A stretch of DNA of 63,991 bases, filler included, from a bacterium (GTDB lineage Bacteria; JALSQH01), in assembly GCA_027004335.1 (NCBI GenBank). It is 13 parts of 13 records of this genome, joined end to end, with 100 filler letters (N's around TTAATTAATTAA, not from the genome) between each part and the next. Parts side by side here need not be neighbours in the genome. Positions count along the whole stretch, not along the records: positions 7,949 to 15,739 come from JALTID010000191.1; positions 15,840 to 23,519 come from JALTID010000192.1; 11 more parts are not named here. The stretch is one strand, 5' to 3'. The position numbers and the translations under genes were made by a program. Numbering within the stretch: position 1 is the first letter of the stretch; every line of letters starts with the position of its first letter. The notes below the pieces were generated by a model. It worked only from the letters and a program-made list of their open reading frames with translations. It was not told where the DNA came from and did not search any database. This document shows positions 10,417 to 20,930 of the stretch, piece after piece.

Positions 10417-11681
10417 TGAGGGCACCTGAAAAAAGAGGAGAAGGAATCCATCCCTATAAGATTGTGGAGATTCAATTTGAAGAAACAATGCGGATAACCG
10501 GGATTACTTATTCGGAGAAAAAAGATCTGCTTTTTCCTTTCAGGGAGATCACCGTTGAAGTACCAGTAAGGATGGATAACGGTGATGTTGAAGTTTTTGT
10601 GGGATACAGGGTTCAGCATAATGGTGCGAGAGGACCCATGAAGGGAGGAGTAAGGTTTCACCCTGAGGTTGACCTCTACGAGGTCAGAGGGTTAGCAGCA
10701 TTGATGAGTTTGAAAACAGGCTTAATGGATATTCCATTTGGGGGGGCTAAAGGTGGAGTAACGGTTGATCCTGCAAAACTTTCTTTGCCTGAATTAGAGA
10801 GACTTACCAGAAAATACACTCAGAGGATAGGGCTTATTCTTGGCCCCTTCAGGGATATACCAGCTCCTGATGTTAATACCAATGCTCAGGTAATGGCGTG
10901 GATATTTGATGAGTATAGTAAGGCCCATGGCTTTACTCCAGCAGTTGTTACAGGGAAACCTGTTCCCCTGGGGGGTGCACCGGGCAGAGAGGAAGCTACA
11001 GGAAGGGGAGTGGCTTTTATAACCTCTCTTGCGGCAAAAGATTTTGGTATCGAGCTTAAAGGAGCGAGAATTGCTATTCAGGGTTTCGGGAATGTGGGGT
11101 CAAACACTGCTAAATTTTTATATGGAATGGGTGCAAAGATTGTTGCTATAAGTGATGTGCATCTTGCCCTTTTTAATCCTGGAGGGCTGAATATTCCTGA
11201 GATTTACGAGTATTATTACAAGAATAAAACCCTTAAAGGTTATGATGCTGCTGAAGTTCTGGATAGAGAGGATCTTTTCAAAGTTGAAACTGATATTCTT
11301 ATACCTGCTGCCCTTGGAGGTGCAATTTCCAAAGAGAAGAATGCTGATTTTATAAAAACAAGAATGATCATTGAAGCAGCTAACAGCCCAATTACACCTA
11401 CTGCGGAAAAAACACTTCTTGAGAAGAAGATCGTAATTATTCCTGATATTCTTGCCAATGCAGGTGGAGTTATTGGTTCATATTTTGAATGGGTGCAGAA
11501 TCTTCAGGAGTTTCGCTGGGATAGAGACGAATTTTTTCAGAAAATGGAAAGAATCATGGAAAAGGGGTATAAAGCCGTGATTGATCTTGCAAAGAAGGAA
11601 AATATTGATTTAAGAAAATCTGCTTATGCTATTGCCATTGAAAGACTGGCAGAAGCTGAAAGGTTAAGAGGAAGTTATTAA
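10416..11681 (+). CDS. gdhA: glutamate dehydrogenase (Glu/Leu/Phe/Val family)
   Basis: GPMKGGVRF, GGAKGG, PAPDVNT, VVTGKP, QGFGNVG, NAGGVIGSYFEW. Confidence 0.93.
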   Translation: MRAPEKRGEGIHPYKIVEIQFEETMRITGITYSEKKDLLFPFREITVEVPVRMDNGDVEVFVGYRVQHNGARGPMKGGVRFHPEVDLYEVRGLAALMSLKTGLMDIPFGGAKGGVTVDPAKLSLPELERLTRKYTQRIGLILGPFRDIPAPDVNTNAQVMAWIFDEYSKAHGFTPAVVTGKPVPLGGAPGREEATGRGVAFITSLAAKDFGIELKGARIAIQGFGNVGSNTAKFLYGMGAKIVAISDVHLALFNPGGLNIPEIYEYYYKNKTLKGYDAAEVLDREDLFKVETDILIPAALGGAISKEKNADFIKTRMIIEAANSPITPTAEKTLLEKKIVIIPDILANAGGVIGSYFEWVQNLQEFRWDRDEFFQKMERIMEKGYKAVIDLAKKENIDLRKSAYAIAIERLAEAERLRGSY

Positions 11682-11691
11682 GAAAGTTTAT

Positions 11692-14313
11692 TTGAAAAAT
11701 TTGATGGGTAAAACTCTCATCTGTCCACATACTCATACAGATTTTGATGCCTTCGGGTCGGCAATAGGAGCCTCATTACTTTTTGAAAATAGTTTTATTT
11801 TTTTACCTCCTGATCTTGAAGAACCGCTTTATGCCTTTATAGAAAAGTACTTTCCTGATCTTCTTTCTCAGAAGGATTTCCCTCCTGATTTTGGCAGGAT
11901 CGTAGTTGTTGATACCCAGAGCATGGGGAAGGTTAAGTGTCCTATTCCCTTTGAGGGTAAGGAAATTGTTGTAATAGACCATCACCCTTGGAGAGAAAAT
12001 TTCACAGGGGCGACAAAGATAATAGAAGAGGCTGGTGCTGCTTCCACAATAGTGACTTCACTTTTGAAAGTGAGAGGTATTGAAGTTCCACCTTTGGTTG
12101 CTACCGCACTCCTTGCAGGAATATACGAAGATACAGGTTATTTTTCTTTTGTAAGTCTTACTGAGAAGGATTTTCAGGCTGCTTCTTTCTTGGTTAAAAG
12201 TGGTGCTTCGGTTGAGACCGTCACTGAATTTGTGAAAAATGCACTTAATCCTTTTCAGCTTGAAATTTTACAGCTTATGATCTCCGAAGGGGAGATAATA
12301 AATCTGAACGGAATTGTAGTAGGGTTAGTTGTTATTAAATCTGAATACCATATTCAGGATCTTTCAATGGTCATAAATCACTATATGAATGCCATTGAAT
12401 TAGATGCAGCCTATATTGTACTTGATATTGGAAGAAAAGCTATGATCATTGGAAGAAGCAGGAAGTCAGATTATGATGTTTTGCCTGTTATTGAAAAATT
12501 TGGAGGAAAAGGACACCATAAGGCTGCCTCTGCAACACTGGAAAATATCGTTGCAGAGGAGATACTATCAAGATTAAAAAGGGAGTTGATTTCCACAGGA
12601 GAGGAAAGATTAAAGGCATCTGACATTATGTTTTCCCCCCTTGTAACTGTTGGAGAAGGGAGAAGAATAGAAGATATATTGAGGCTTTTCAACTATTATA
12701 ATTTTAATGTGATTCCTGTGATAAATAGAACTGGAAAACTTACCGGACTGATAACAAGACAAATTGTGGATAAGTTAATTTATCATGGTCTTGGAAATGC
12801 AAAGGTAAAGGATTTCATGCTCACAGATATTGGAGCTGTTTCTAAGGGTGCTACTATTGAAGAAGTAAAAAGAGTTATGTTGAAGAAAAATCAGAGATTT
12901 GTACCTGTGGTGGATTCTGAGCGGAGACCTGAAGGGGGAATAACCAGAAAGGAATTAATAAGGATAATTTCTGGAGTTGAAGATATTCCCGGAGGGATTT
13001 TGTTAAGTAGCAGGAAGGATATAAGAAGTATTATGGCCAATGTTCTTGGGAAGAACAAGATTAAGCTTTTAAAAAGTATTGGAAGAGTAGCAGAGAGATC
13101 AGGAATGAGAGTCTTCCTTGTGGGTGGGAGTGTGAGGGATATTATTCTAAGAAAGTCTGTATTTGATCTTGATCTAGTGGTAGAGGGAGATGCAATAGAG
13201 GTTGCGAAAATTTTTGCAAAAGAGTATGGATATAAATTTACCCCATGGGAAAAATTTGGTGCTGCCACGGTTGTTGTGGATGAAAAACTCCATCTTGATT
13301 TCTCCAGTGCAAGACTGGAATACTATACTCCTGATAGTATCTCTTATCCTAAGGTAAAAAAGGGATCCTTATATCAGGATCTTTACAGGAGAGATTTTAC
13401 TATCAATGCAATGGCTGCTTCACTTTCACCTGATGATTTTGGTATGCTGATTGATCCTTTTCAGGGTTACTATGATATAAAAAAGAAGATCATAAGAATT
13501 ATCCATCAGCTTTCATTTATTGAAGATCCAGCAAGGATTTTAAGGGCTGTCAGATTTGCGGGTAAACTGGATTTCAGAATAGGCAGGAGTACCATTAAAG
13601 CTATTAAAAACGCTCTTGAAATGGATATTTTCAGGAGATTCCCCAGCAGGAGATTGTTCCATGAATTCAACAGAATCATGGAGGAGGAGAAAGTGGTGGA
13701 GATTATTCTTCTCATGGAGAGAATAGACATCCTGAATAGATTTTTCAGGAAATATACTTATCGTGGTAAAAAATATGATTTATTCCAGAAGGTTAGAGAA
13801 GTTATTAAATGGTTTAAGCTCCTGTATAAAGGTGAGCTTTTTTCTTCTTCTCTAATCTACTGGGTTGCTTTTCTCAGTGATGTGGGCAAAAGGGAAAAGA
13901 AGCAGTTTCTTCAGATAATTCAAATTCCCGATGAGGATGTAAAAAAGATTAAAAAGATATATGAGGAAGTCAGAAAAATGGAGCAGATCCTTTCCAATAA
14001 ACCTTCAATGGGTGATGTAGTGATAAAATTGAGAGGATTTTCTCTGGAATCGATCCTGTACTATTTTTCTCTTACAGAAGATGAAAATAAGAAGAAGCTT
14101 CTATCATCCTATCTTCAGGAGGGAAGGTATATGAAAATAGAGATAACTGGGAAGATCCTCCTTGAAATGGGATTTCCTGAAGGCCCCATCATAGGAAGTA
14201 TCCTTGAGGATATCCTAAGAGCAAAAATTAATGCTGGACTTAAGGGCTTAGAGGAGGAGAAGGATTATGTATTGAAAAATTATAGGAATTATATTGAAAA
14301 AAAGGAAAATTGA
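11692..14313 (+). CDS. tRNA nucleotidyltransferase with N-terminal DHH/DHHA1 and CBS domains (A-adding type likely)
   Basis: HTHTDFDA, IDHH, GIYEDTG, GGKGH, CBS pair, VGGSVRD, DLDL, RRDFTINAMA, EDPARILRAVRF. Confidence 0.88.
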   Translation: MKNLMGKTLICPHTHTDFDAFGSAIGASLLFENSFIFLPPDLEEPLYAFIEKYFPDLLSQKDFPPDFGRIVVVDTQSMGKVKCPIPFEGKEIVVIDHHPWRENFTGATKIIEEAGAASTIVTSLLKVRGIEVPPLVATALLAGIYEDTGYFSFVSLTEKDFQAASFLVKSGASVETVTEFVKNALNPFQLEILQLMISEGEIINLNGIVVGLVVIKSEYHIQDLSMVINHYMNAIELDAAYIVLDIGRKAMIIGRSRKSDYDVLPVIEKFGGKGHHKAASATLENIVAEEILSRLKRELISTGEERLKASDIMFSPLVTVGEGRRIEDILRLFNYYNFNVIPVINRTGKLTGLITRQIVDKLIYHGLGNAKVKDFMLTDIGAVSKGATIEEVKRVMLKKNQRFVPVVDSERRPEGGITRKELIRIISGVEDIPGGILLSSRKDIRSIMANVLGKNKIKLLKSIGRVAERSGMRVFLVGGSVRDIILRKSVFDLDLVVEGDAIEVAKIFAKEYGYKFTPWEKFGAATVVVDEKLHLDFSSARLEYYTPDSISYPKVKKGSLYQDLYRRDFTINAMAASLSPDDFGMLIDPFQGYYDIKKKIIRIIHQLSFIEDPARILRAVRFAGKLDFRIGRSTIKAIKNALEMDIFRRFPSRRLFHEFNRIMEEEKVVEIILLMERIDILNRFFRKYTYRGKKYDLFQKVREVIKWFKLLYKGELFSSSLIYWVAFLSDVGKREKKQFLQIIQIPDEDVKKIKKIYEEVRKMEQILSNKPSMGDVVIKLRGFSLESILYYFSLTEDENKKKLLSSYLQEGRYMKIEITGKILLEMGFPEGPIIGSILEDILRAKINAGLKGLEEEKDYVLKNYRNYIEKKEN

Positions 14314-14331
14314 CATTATAATCAACAAAAA

Positions 14332-15501
14332 TTGGAGGGGATAGTGGATTTTTCCCTTGATGAAGAACATAAAATATACAGGGAGCAGTTCCGTAAGATA
14401 TTTGAAAAAGAGGTGCTCCCCTATGTTGATGAAGCAGAGGAAAAAGGGGAGTTTCCAGTACATCTTTTCAAAAGATTCGGGGAACTGGGTCTTTTTGGAA
14501 TCACCTACCCCCAGGAGTACGGAGGAGCCGGCCTTGACATGCTTGCCTTTGTAATTTATGCAGAAGAGCTTGGTAGGGTCAATTCAGGAATCGCAGGGCC
14601 GCTGATTGTCCAGTCTTCTATAGGAACAGAGGCGATTCTCCATCTTGGCACAGAGGAGCAGAAGGATAGATTTCTTAAACCTGCCATGAGGGGTGAAAAG
14701 ATCTTTGCTTTTGCTTCCACCGAGCCTTCTGCTGGATCTGATTTAAAAAACATCAGAACAATTGCCAGAAAAAAAGGTGATAAGTATGTCGTTAATGGTA
14801 TAAAAACTCTTATTACCAATGGCCCTGTTGCTGATGTTATTACCCTTGTTGCCCAGACTGATTTTTCAAAAGGATACAAAGGGATAGGGTTATTTCTTGT
14901 GGAGAAGGGGACTCCAGGATTCAAGATAGGGAGAGTGATAAAAAAACTGGGCAACAATCCTTCTCCGACAGCGGAGTTGATTTTTGAAGATTGTGAAATT
15001 CCTGTGGAGAACAGGCTTGGACCTGAAGAAGGTGGTTTCTATTCAGTTATGCATCTTTTGAATGATGGGAGAATCGTAGTGGCAGCAAGAGCTCTTGGAG
15101 TAGCCATTGCTGCTTATGAGGCTGCATATCAATATGCACAGGATAGAATAGCTTTTGGTAAAAAGATATATGATTTTGGGGAAATTCGTAGTAAGATTGT
15201 TGACATGGCTGTTAATATTCAGGCTGCTAGAATGCTTATTTATAGAGCTGCGTGGAAAAAGGATAGGGGGATGGATTATGCAAAAGCTGCATCAATGGCG
15301 AAGCTCTTTGCTACTGAAGCGGTGGAGAAAATTACGAGGGATGCTGTTCAAGTTTTTGGGGGTTTTGGATATTCCAATGAGTTTGATGTTGAGAGATACT
15401 TTAGAGACGCAAGGTTAATGACCATAATAGAGGGGACCAGCGAAATCCAGAGATTAATAATTGGAAAGAGATTGGTGAAACATGAATTCGATCTTGAATG
15501 A
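14332..15501 (+). CDS. acyl-CoA dehydrogenase
   Basis: FASTEPSAGSD, ITNG, GGFGYS, IIEGTSEIQR. Confidence 0.92.
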   Translation: MEGIVDFSLDEEHKIYREQFRKIFEKEVLPYVDEAEEKGEFPVHLFKRFGELGLFGITYPQEYGGAGLDMLAFVIYAEELGRVNSGIAGPLIVQSSIGTEAILHLGTEEQKDRFLKPAMRGEKIFAFASTEPSAGSDLKNIRTIARKKGDKYVVNGIKTLITNGPVADVITLVAQTDFSKGYKGIGLFLVEKGTPGFKIGRVIKKLGNNPSPTAELIFEDCEIPVENRLGPEEGGFYSVMHLLNDGRIVVAARALGVAIAAYEAAYQYAQDRIAFGKKIYDFGEIRSKIVDMAVNIQAARMLIYRAAWKKDRGMDYAKAASMAKLFATEAVEKITRDAVQVFGGFGYSNEFDVERYFRDARLMTIIEGTSEIQRLIIGKRLVKHEFDLE

Positions 15502-15739
15502 AAAAAAAGTGGTTACTGAGAAAAGTGACATCTATGTTATTGCCAGAATCAATAGGCCTGGGGTGCGAAACGCTATTGATCCGGAGACCCTTGATCTTCT
15601 CACGGAAATAATTCTTGATGCAGATAGGGATGAAACCATCCTTGGGGTGGTTATATCTTCCGTATCGCGAGACTTTTTTTCATCGGGTGGTGATTTAAAG
15701 TATTTTCTTACTCTTGATGATTATCATAAGGGTTATGAG
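15482..15739 (+). CDS. enoyl-CoA hydratase/isomerase, N-terminal fragment
   Basis: INRPGVRNAI and FSSGGDL crotonase motifs; cut by linker. Confidence 0.8.
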
Positions 15740-15839
15740 NNNNNNNNNNNNNNNNNNNNNNNNNNNNNNNNNNNNNNNNNNNNTTAATTAATTAANNNNN
15801 NNNNNNNNNNNNNNNNNNNNNNNNNNNNNNNNNNNNNNN

Positions 15840-18034
15840 CCTTTGAATTTCTTCTGTTCCTCCAGTCTCCTCTCAGTAACTTTCAGTATTTCTGAAATTG
15901 CCCCCAGATGCTTCCTGAAAATTTCAAGGAAGTTTTCTTTATCCAACCAGAGCAATTTGCATGCAGTTTTCGCTTTAACTGTGGCTGTTCTTGGAACATT
16001 TTTCAGAAGTGCAATTTCTCCAAAGTATGAACCAGAACCAAGTTCTGCCAGTTTAATTTCTTTATATCCCTCTTCAGTAATTTGCTCGAGAATTACTTCT
16101 ACTTCTCCTTCCTGAAGAAGATAGAATTTATCTCCAATTTCTCCTTGTTTTATGATTATTGTCCCTGGCCCAACTTCCATTGATTGCATCTTTGAAATAA
16201 TCTCAAATAGTTCTTTTGAAGAGAAATCAGCAAAAAGGGGCAGTCTCTTGAGAAACTGTGATGTCCTGATGATGAAAGTGATCTTTTCTCCTGTCCCAAA
16301 TGTTTCCACAAAGTGCTTTTTAAATGTTTCTTTGTCAAGGGAGATTAGTTCTGTATCTGTTTTTGCTCTCACAGTAGCGGTTCTTTTTACATTCTCAATA
16401 AGTGCAATTTCTCCAAAGCAATCACCCGGTCCTAATTCTGCCACGATATCTTCCATTCCACTGATACCTTCATAGATAACATTAGCCCATCCTGATTTTA
16501 TAGTATAAAATTTATCTCCCTTCTCTCCCTGTGTAACAATATTTCTTCCATTAGGAAATTTCTCAACTTTAAGGTGCTTCGCCACTTCTTTTAATTCCTC
16601 TTCACCGAGAGCTACAAAGAGTGGAACCTCTTTGAGTTCAGAAAAAATTTCTGATGAGAATGGAGATATAGATCCTTTCCCAGAGGTTAAAACTCGTACT
16701 ATCTCTTCTGCAAATTCTACTATGAATTTTATAAAAAGGTAGGCAAGGTATATAGCAAAGATTATTCCTAAAATCACAGGGGTCAAGAGAAGAAGCACGG
16801 TAAAAATCTTATATTCTGTTGCTTCAAAAATAAAAATATTTCCAAATGTGGGATTTAAATAGTAAATTCTTTCTAATGCATCATAGTAAAAAAGGATATT
16901 GAAGAGTTTCCATGAGATATAGATGAGTCCGGCAAGCCACAAGAGGCCGTAGAGGCCGGTAAGGGTGTAGATAAGTTCTTCCCTGTAAAAATCTTTTGAA
17001 AAGGTGAGTTTTCCCATAAAGAACCGTTTTCTGAAAAAGGTGGCTGTTCTTTTTCTTAAGGTGGAAAGATTGAATATTTCCTCTGTGAGCTTGATACCAG
17101 GGCTTTCTATAAAGGGGTTTATAGCCAGATAAAGAAGAAATAGTGAAACAAAAACGGTAATGAGGGATACCTGAGTATATGTATTCCATTCTCCCTCATA
17201 GAGGATAAGAAACGGTGCAACAAATGCAATGGGTACAATCAATGATGTTATGTAACTGAAAAAATAAAAAATCTTTTCTTTTCTTGATGCCATAAGAGAA
17301 TCATCATCCAGAATATCGGTGGTAAAAAGTCCATAAGGGAAATACAGCTTGAAGTTCAGGACACCCCTATTTATGGCTTTTAGACTACTCCCTCTGGTTA
17401 AAGCTTCCAGAATAATTGTGGCGATGATAAGAAAGTAAGTATAGGTGAAACCTGCTCCATAAGAATCATTTATTTGAAAGAGATAATGGGGTGTAGAAGA
17501 GATCTGGTGAAAGAAAAGTATGATGCCAGTAGTAGCTAATATTAAAACGAGGAAGATTGCGTAGGGGCTGAAAAAATATTTTCCTATGGAATTATAAAAT
17601 CCCTCAAAGAATCCCTCTGCCCTATAGTATCCTGACTGGAAAAGTTTTATTCCTTTCAGGAGTGATGCAAAGAGATCCTCTGTGCTCTTCTTATGAGCAG
17701 GTTTTGAAATTATCTGCCAGAGCTGATTGGCATTTTCAAGAAATCCCTTTTCTGCTAATTTTATTATCAGATTCTTAATCCGTGTAGTGGCAAGTTGACG
17801 GGTCTTTTCAAAGTAGAGAGTCACTAAAGATTCAAAATTCTCTCTCCCATTCATTTTTTCAAAGATATAAAACTCATCGGAATCAAGAACAAGGTAACGG
17901 AGCTGCCTTGGATTTTTTATATTGTAAAATTCCCCATCAGTTTTTATCACCCTAACGGTGATATAATCACTGATGACTTTGGGACGGAATTTTGAAAATT
18001 CCTTAACATCCCTTCCCACCCTTTGAGACTTCAT
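15840..18034 (-). CDS. membrane protein: RRE/PqqD-like N-terminus, M50-like TM domain, two cNMP-binding domains (stop lost at contig end)
   Basis: two FGEIAL...RTATV cNMP cassettes; about 8 TM helices; N-terminal KNPRQLRYLVLD...LIIKLAEKGFLE. Confidence 0.8.
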
Positions 18035-18072
18035 CTTGGCCCCCTTTAAAAGAGTTTCTCCTTATCTTATCA

Positions 18073-19074
18073 TTATATTTTGTTAAGGTCAATTTTTGTA
18101 CGGAAACCATCTATTATTCCTCTTAATATGAAGATAATATTTTTAATTTTGAATGTCATAACTCCTCTGAAAAATTGGTAAAGTGCAACTGTAAAGATGA
18201 AAATAGGGTTAAAATGCTTTCTAATCAAGATCGTATTGCTACGAGAAAAATTGTAAAAGTAGGTAACGCTTTTTCTTTTTATGCTCTTGCTTTCTTTGTG
18301 GTAGATGTGACTTTTTAATGCAACGGCTATCCTCCAATTCTGTTTTATAGCTCTTAATTGCCAATCCACCTCGTCCCCGTAGAGGAAGAAAGTCTCATCC
18401 ATCAGCCCTATTTCAGTTATTGTCTCTTTTTTTATTAAAATTGAAGCCCCCATTATGTAATTAATTTTTTTTATAATTTTTTTTTCGTCAAGGTTTTTAA
18501 ATTTTCCCCCTGTGATTTTTTCTCCTTTCATGAAGAGAATTGCTCCACCTAAAAAGGGAAGAAATCTCCCACCTCCCACAGCCTGTATTATTTCGGGATC
18601 CCGATGATAGAGCAAGACAGAGCCAATGAATCCATAATTTTTGTTTGTTTCTGCCACCTTCAGCATCTCTGCCATAGCACCAGCTTCCATTATTGTATCA
18701 TTATTCAAAATCCAGATGTACTCAATAGATGAATCCCTGAGTGCCAGCATTATACCTCTGTTATTTCCTCCTGCGTAACCAAAATTTTTGCTGTTCCGCA
18801 ATATAGTAATTCCTGAAGGTAGGGAGGGTAACTCTATCTCAGCAGGCATTTCTCCTTCCATGATAATTGAGTAACTTATCTTTTCCTTTTTTATTGAAAG
18901 GATCAATCTTTCAAGTTCTTCTTTTTCTGAAGCATTATCAATGATTATTAAGGAAGTTTGTTGGGGAAGAGAACAATTTTTGAGAATACTTCTGATACAA
19001 TCCAGTGTATCCTCTGTATTGTTCCATGTGAGCACAAGGATAGCAGTTTTCACTTTTGATCCAGTTTGTTCCAT
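18073..19074 (-). CDS. GT2 glycosyltransferase (rhamnosyltransferase-like)
   Basis: IDNAS, NFGYAGGNN, LNNDT, FFLYGDEVDW. Confidence 0.88.
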   Translation of the reverse strand: MEQTGSKVKTAILVLTWNNTEDTLDCIRSILKNCSLPQQTSLIIIDNASEKEELERLILSIKKEKISYSIIMEGEMPAEIELPSLPSGITILRNSKNFGYAGGNNRGIMLALRDSSIEYIWILNNDTIMEAGAMAEMLKVAETNKNYGFIGSVLLYHRDPEIIQAVGGGRFLPFLGGAILFMKGEKITGGKFKNLDEKKIIKKINYIMGASILIKKETITEIGLMDETFFLYGDEVDWQLRAIKQNWRIAVALKSHIYHKESKSIKRKSVTYFYNFSRSNTILIRKHFNPIFIFTVALYQFFRGVMTFKIKNIIFILRGIIDGFRTKIDLNKI

Positions 19075-20405
19075 ATAAGGTAAAGCGGAGATGGAGAAAT
19101 GCAGGCTGTTGTTTTTTTATTGCCATAAATATCAAGCACTTCGTCAGGAGATTTTCCTATAAAATGTAGCTTATTCTTTCCCGCTAATTGCCATACCACA
19201 CATATCTCTTCTGTCGAAGATGTAAATTTCAGCGAATACTGCCCTGCAGGATCAAATTTAACCCTGTTACATTCCCCCGATGTCCATTTTCCCCCCAGGA
19301 TTTTGACTACTGTTTTATATGCAAACCATCCTGGTTTTGCAAGTGATTCATAGTCGGTTGTGGAATATGGATAATTAAAAAGTCCAAATTTTGCTTCTGG
19401 TGGTACCAGAGCTTTTGAAAGGTCTCCGTCCCAGAAAGTGAAATACAGATACATGCTTGCACCTGTGGCATAGGCTAAGACGAAGCTTCTTACCAGGTAG
19501 TTTGCCTGATCCGTAAGAGAGAGAGAATAAATTGTGGGCCAGCCTACTTCTGTGATCCAGAGGGGTTTGGTATATCCGTTAATTTTGAGTATGTTCAACA
19601 TGTTGTAATTCATGTCATATATTGGAGTTTCAAGAAACTGATCGCTCTCAGGGGCTGCAAGTGGTGGATAGAAGGGATAGGGGTGGTATGCCATAACATC
19701 AAAGTAGTTACCAAGATCAGGATGGTATTCAAAGCTTTTTTCAAGGTAGAGGGGCGCTCCTTCAATAACTTCCTGATGGTAAAAGAGTCCAGCGTAGGAA
19801 ACGGTACATTCAGGACATACTTTTTTGACTCTGGTGTAGGCAACTTTCAACAGATCTCCATATTTTTCAGGATCACCTGTGAGAGAACTTTTCCAGAATC
19901 TATAGCCTCCATTGGGCTCGTTCCACACTTCCCACATTTTGATCCTGCCTTTGAAGTGGGAAACAGTCATTGTTACATAATTTCCAAAATCTTCTAAGTT
20001 ATCTGGAGGAAAGAAATTCGCATCGTAACTGTGAAACTCTCTCCCCTCCTCTGAAGCCCACCAATTCCCATATGCAAGGATCCCAAGGAATTTTAGACGA
20101 TGGGAGAGGGCAAGATTAACAACCTGATCATATTTTGAGAAATCAAAATTTCCGGGAGTCTTTTCAATATCTCTCCAGGTTATTTCTCTTCTTACTATCT
20201 GGAGCCCCGCTTCTTCCATTTTTTTAAATTGAAACTCTGGATCTGCCCTCCAGAAGCCAGCTATTCCATAATTGGTAACTTGGATGGGGTACACTAATTT
20301 CCCTGCAAGGGGGTCGTAGGAAAATTCGGGTATTTTTGCTTCCCTGTTGCTGGAGCAACTTGCCACAAAAAAAATAATAATTAACAATCCAAATATCTTT
20401 TTCAT
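19050..20405 (-). CDS. clan GH-A glycoside hydrolase lipoprotein (GH39/GH5-like)
   Basis: lipobox VASC, WEVWNEPN acid/base, WITEVGWP nucleophile. Confidence 0.8.
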   Translation of the reverse strand: MKKIFGLLIIIFFVASCSSNREAKIPEFSYDPLAGKLVYPIQVTNYGIAGFWRADPEFQFKKMEEAGLQIVRREITWRDIEKTPGNFDFSKYDQVVNLALSHRLKFLGILAYGNWWASEEGREFHSYDANFFPPDNLEDFGNYVTMTVSHFKGRIKMWEVWNEPNGGYRFWKSSLTGDPEKYGDLLKVAYTRVKKVCPECTVSYAGLFYHQEVIEGAPLYLEKSFEYHPDLGNYFDVMAYHPYPFYPPLAAPESDQFLETPIYDMNYNMLNILKINGYTKPLWITEVGWPTIYSLSLTDQANYLVRSFVLAYATGASMYLYFTFWDGDLSKALVPPEAKFGLFNYPYSTTDYESLAKPGWFAYKTVVKILGGKWTSGECNRVKFDPAGQYSLKFTSSTEEICVVWQLAGKNKLHFIGKSPDEVLDIYGNKKTTACISPSPLYLIWNKLDQK

Positions 20406-20426
20406 GCTAAAAAATATTATGATATT

Positions 20427-20930
20427 ATGAAAAAAATGACAAGGGAACAGAAGAAAAATATTAAAAAAAAATTTGTGGCGGATCGGAACCTGGGCAAATT
20501 ATGCAGGCTCCTGAGGATGATGGGACTTGATTGTGTTTTTGCAAGAACCTCGGTACCTTCTGAACTTATTGAAATAGCCAAGGAGGAAAACAGAGTTATT
20601 CTTACAAGAAAGAAGAATATCACCTCATTAAGGTATGCTGATTTTTTAATCATCCAGGATGAAATGCCGTTTAATCAGGCAATTGAAGTAGTTAAGGCCT
20701 ATGATATTGATCCCCTTGAAAATGCTTTTACAAGATGTATTGAGTGTAATGTCCCTCTGATAGGGGTAAAAAAAGAGGATGTCAGAGGAAAAGTTCCCTC
20801 TTACATTTTTAAGACAAGAGATGAATTTTTTATGTGTCCTTCCTGCGGCAGAATCTATTGGAGGGGAACCCACAAGGACAATATGAGAGAAATACTTGAA
20901 GAGATAAAAAAGGGGTCTCAGGACCCCTGA
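20427..20930 (+). CDS. Mut7-C RNase (PIN-like) with zinc ribbon
   Basis: FVADRNLGKLCRLLRMMG, RCIECN, CPSCGRIYWRGTH. Confidence 0.9.
   Translation: MKKMTREQKKNIKKKFVADRNLGKLCRLLRMMGLDCVFARTSVPSELIEIAKEENRVILTRKKNITSLRYADFLIIQDEMPFNQAIEVVKAYDIDPLENAFTRCIECNVPLIGVKKEDVRGKVPSYIFKTRDEFFMCPSCGRIYWRGTHKDNMREILEEIKKGSQDP

Noticed and set aside
20427..20930. Mut7-C RNase as a toxin-antitoxin or defence system
   Set aside because: No adjacent antitoxin or ubiquitin-like partner; standalone Mut7-C genes are common.
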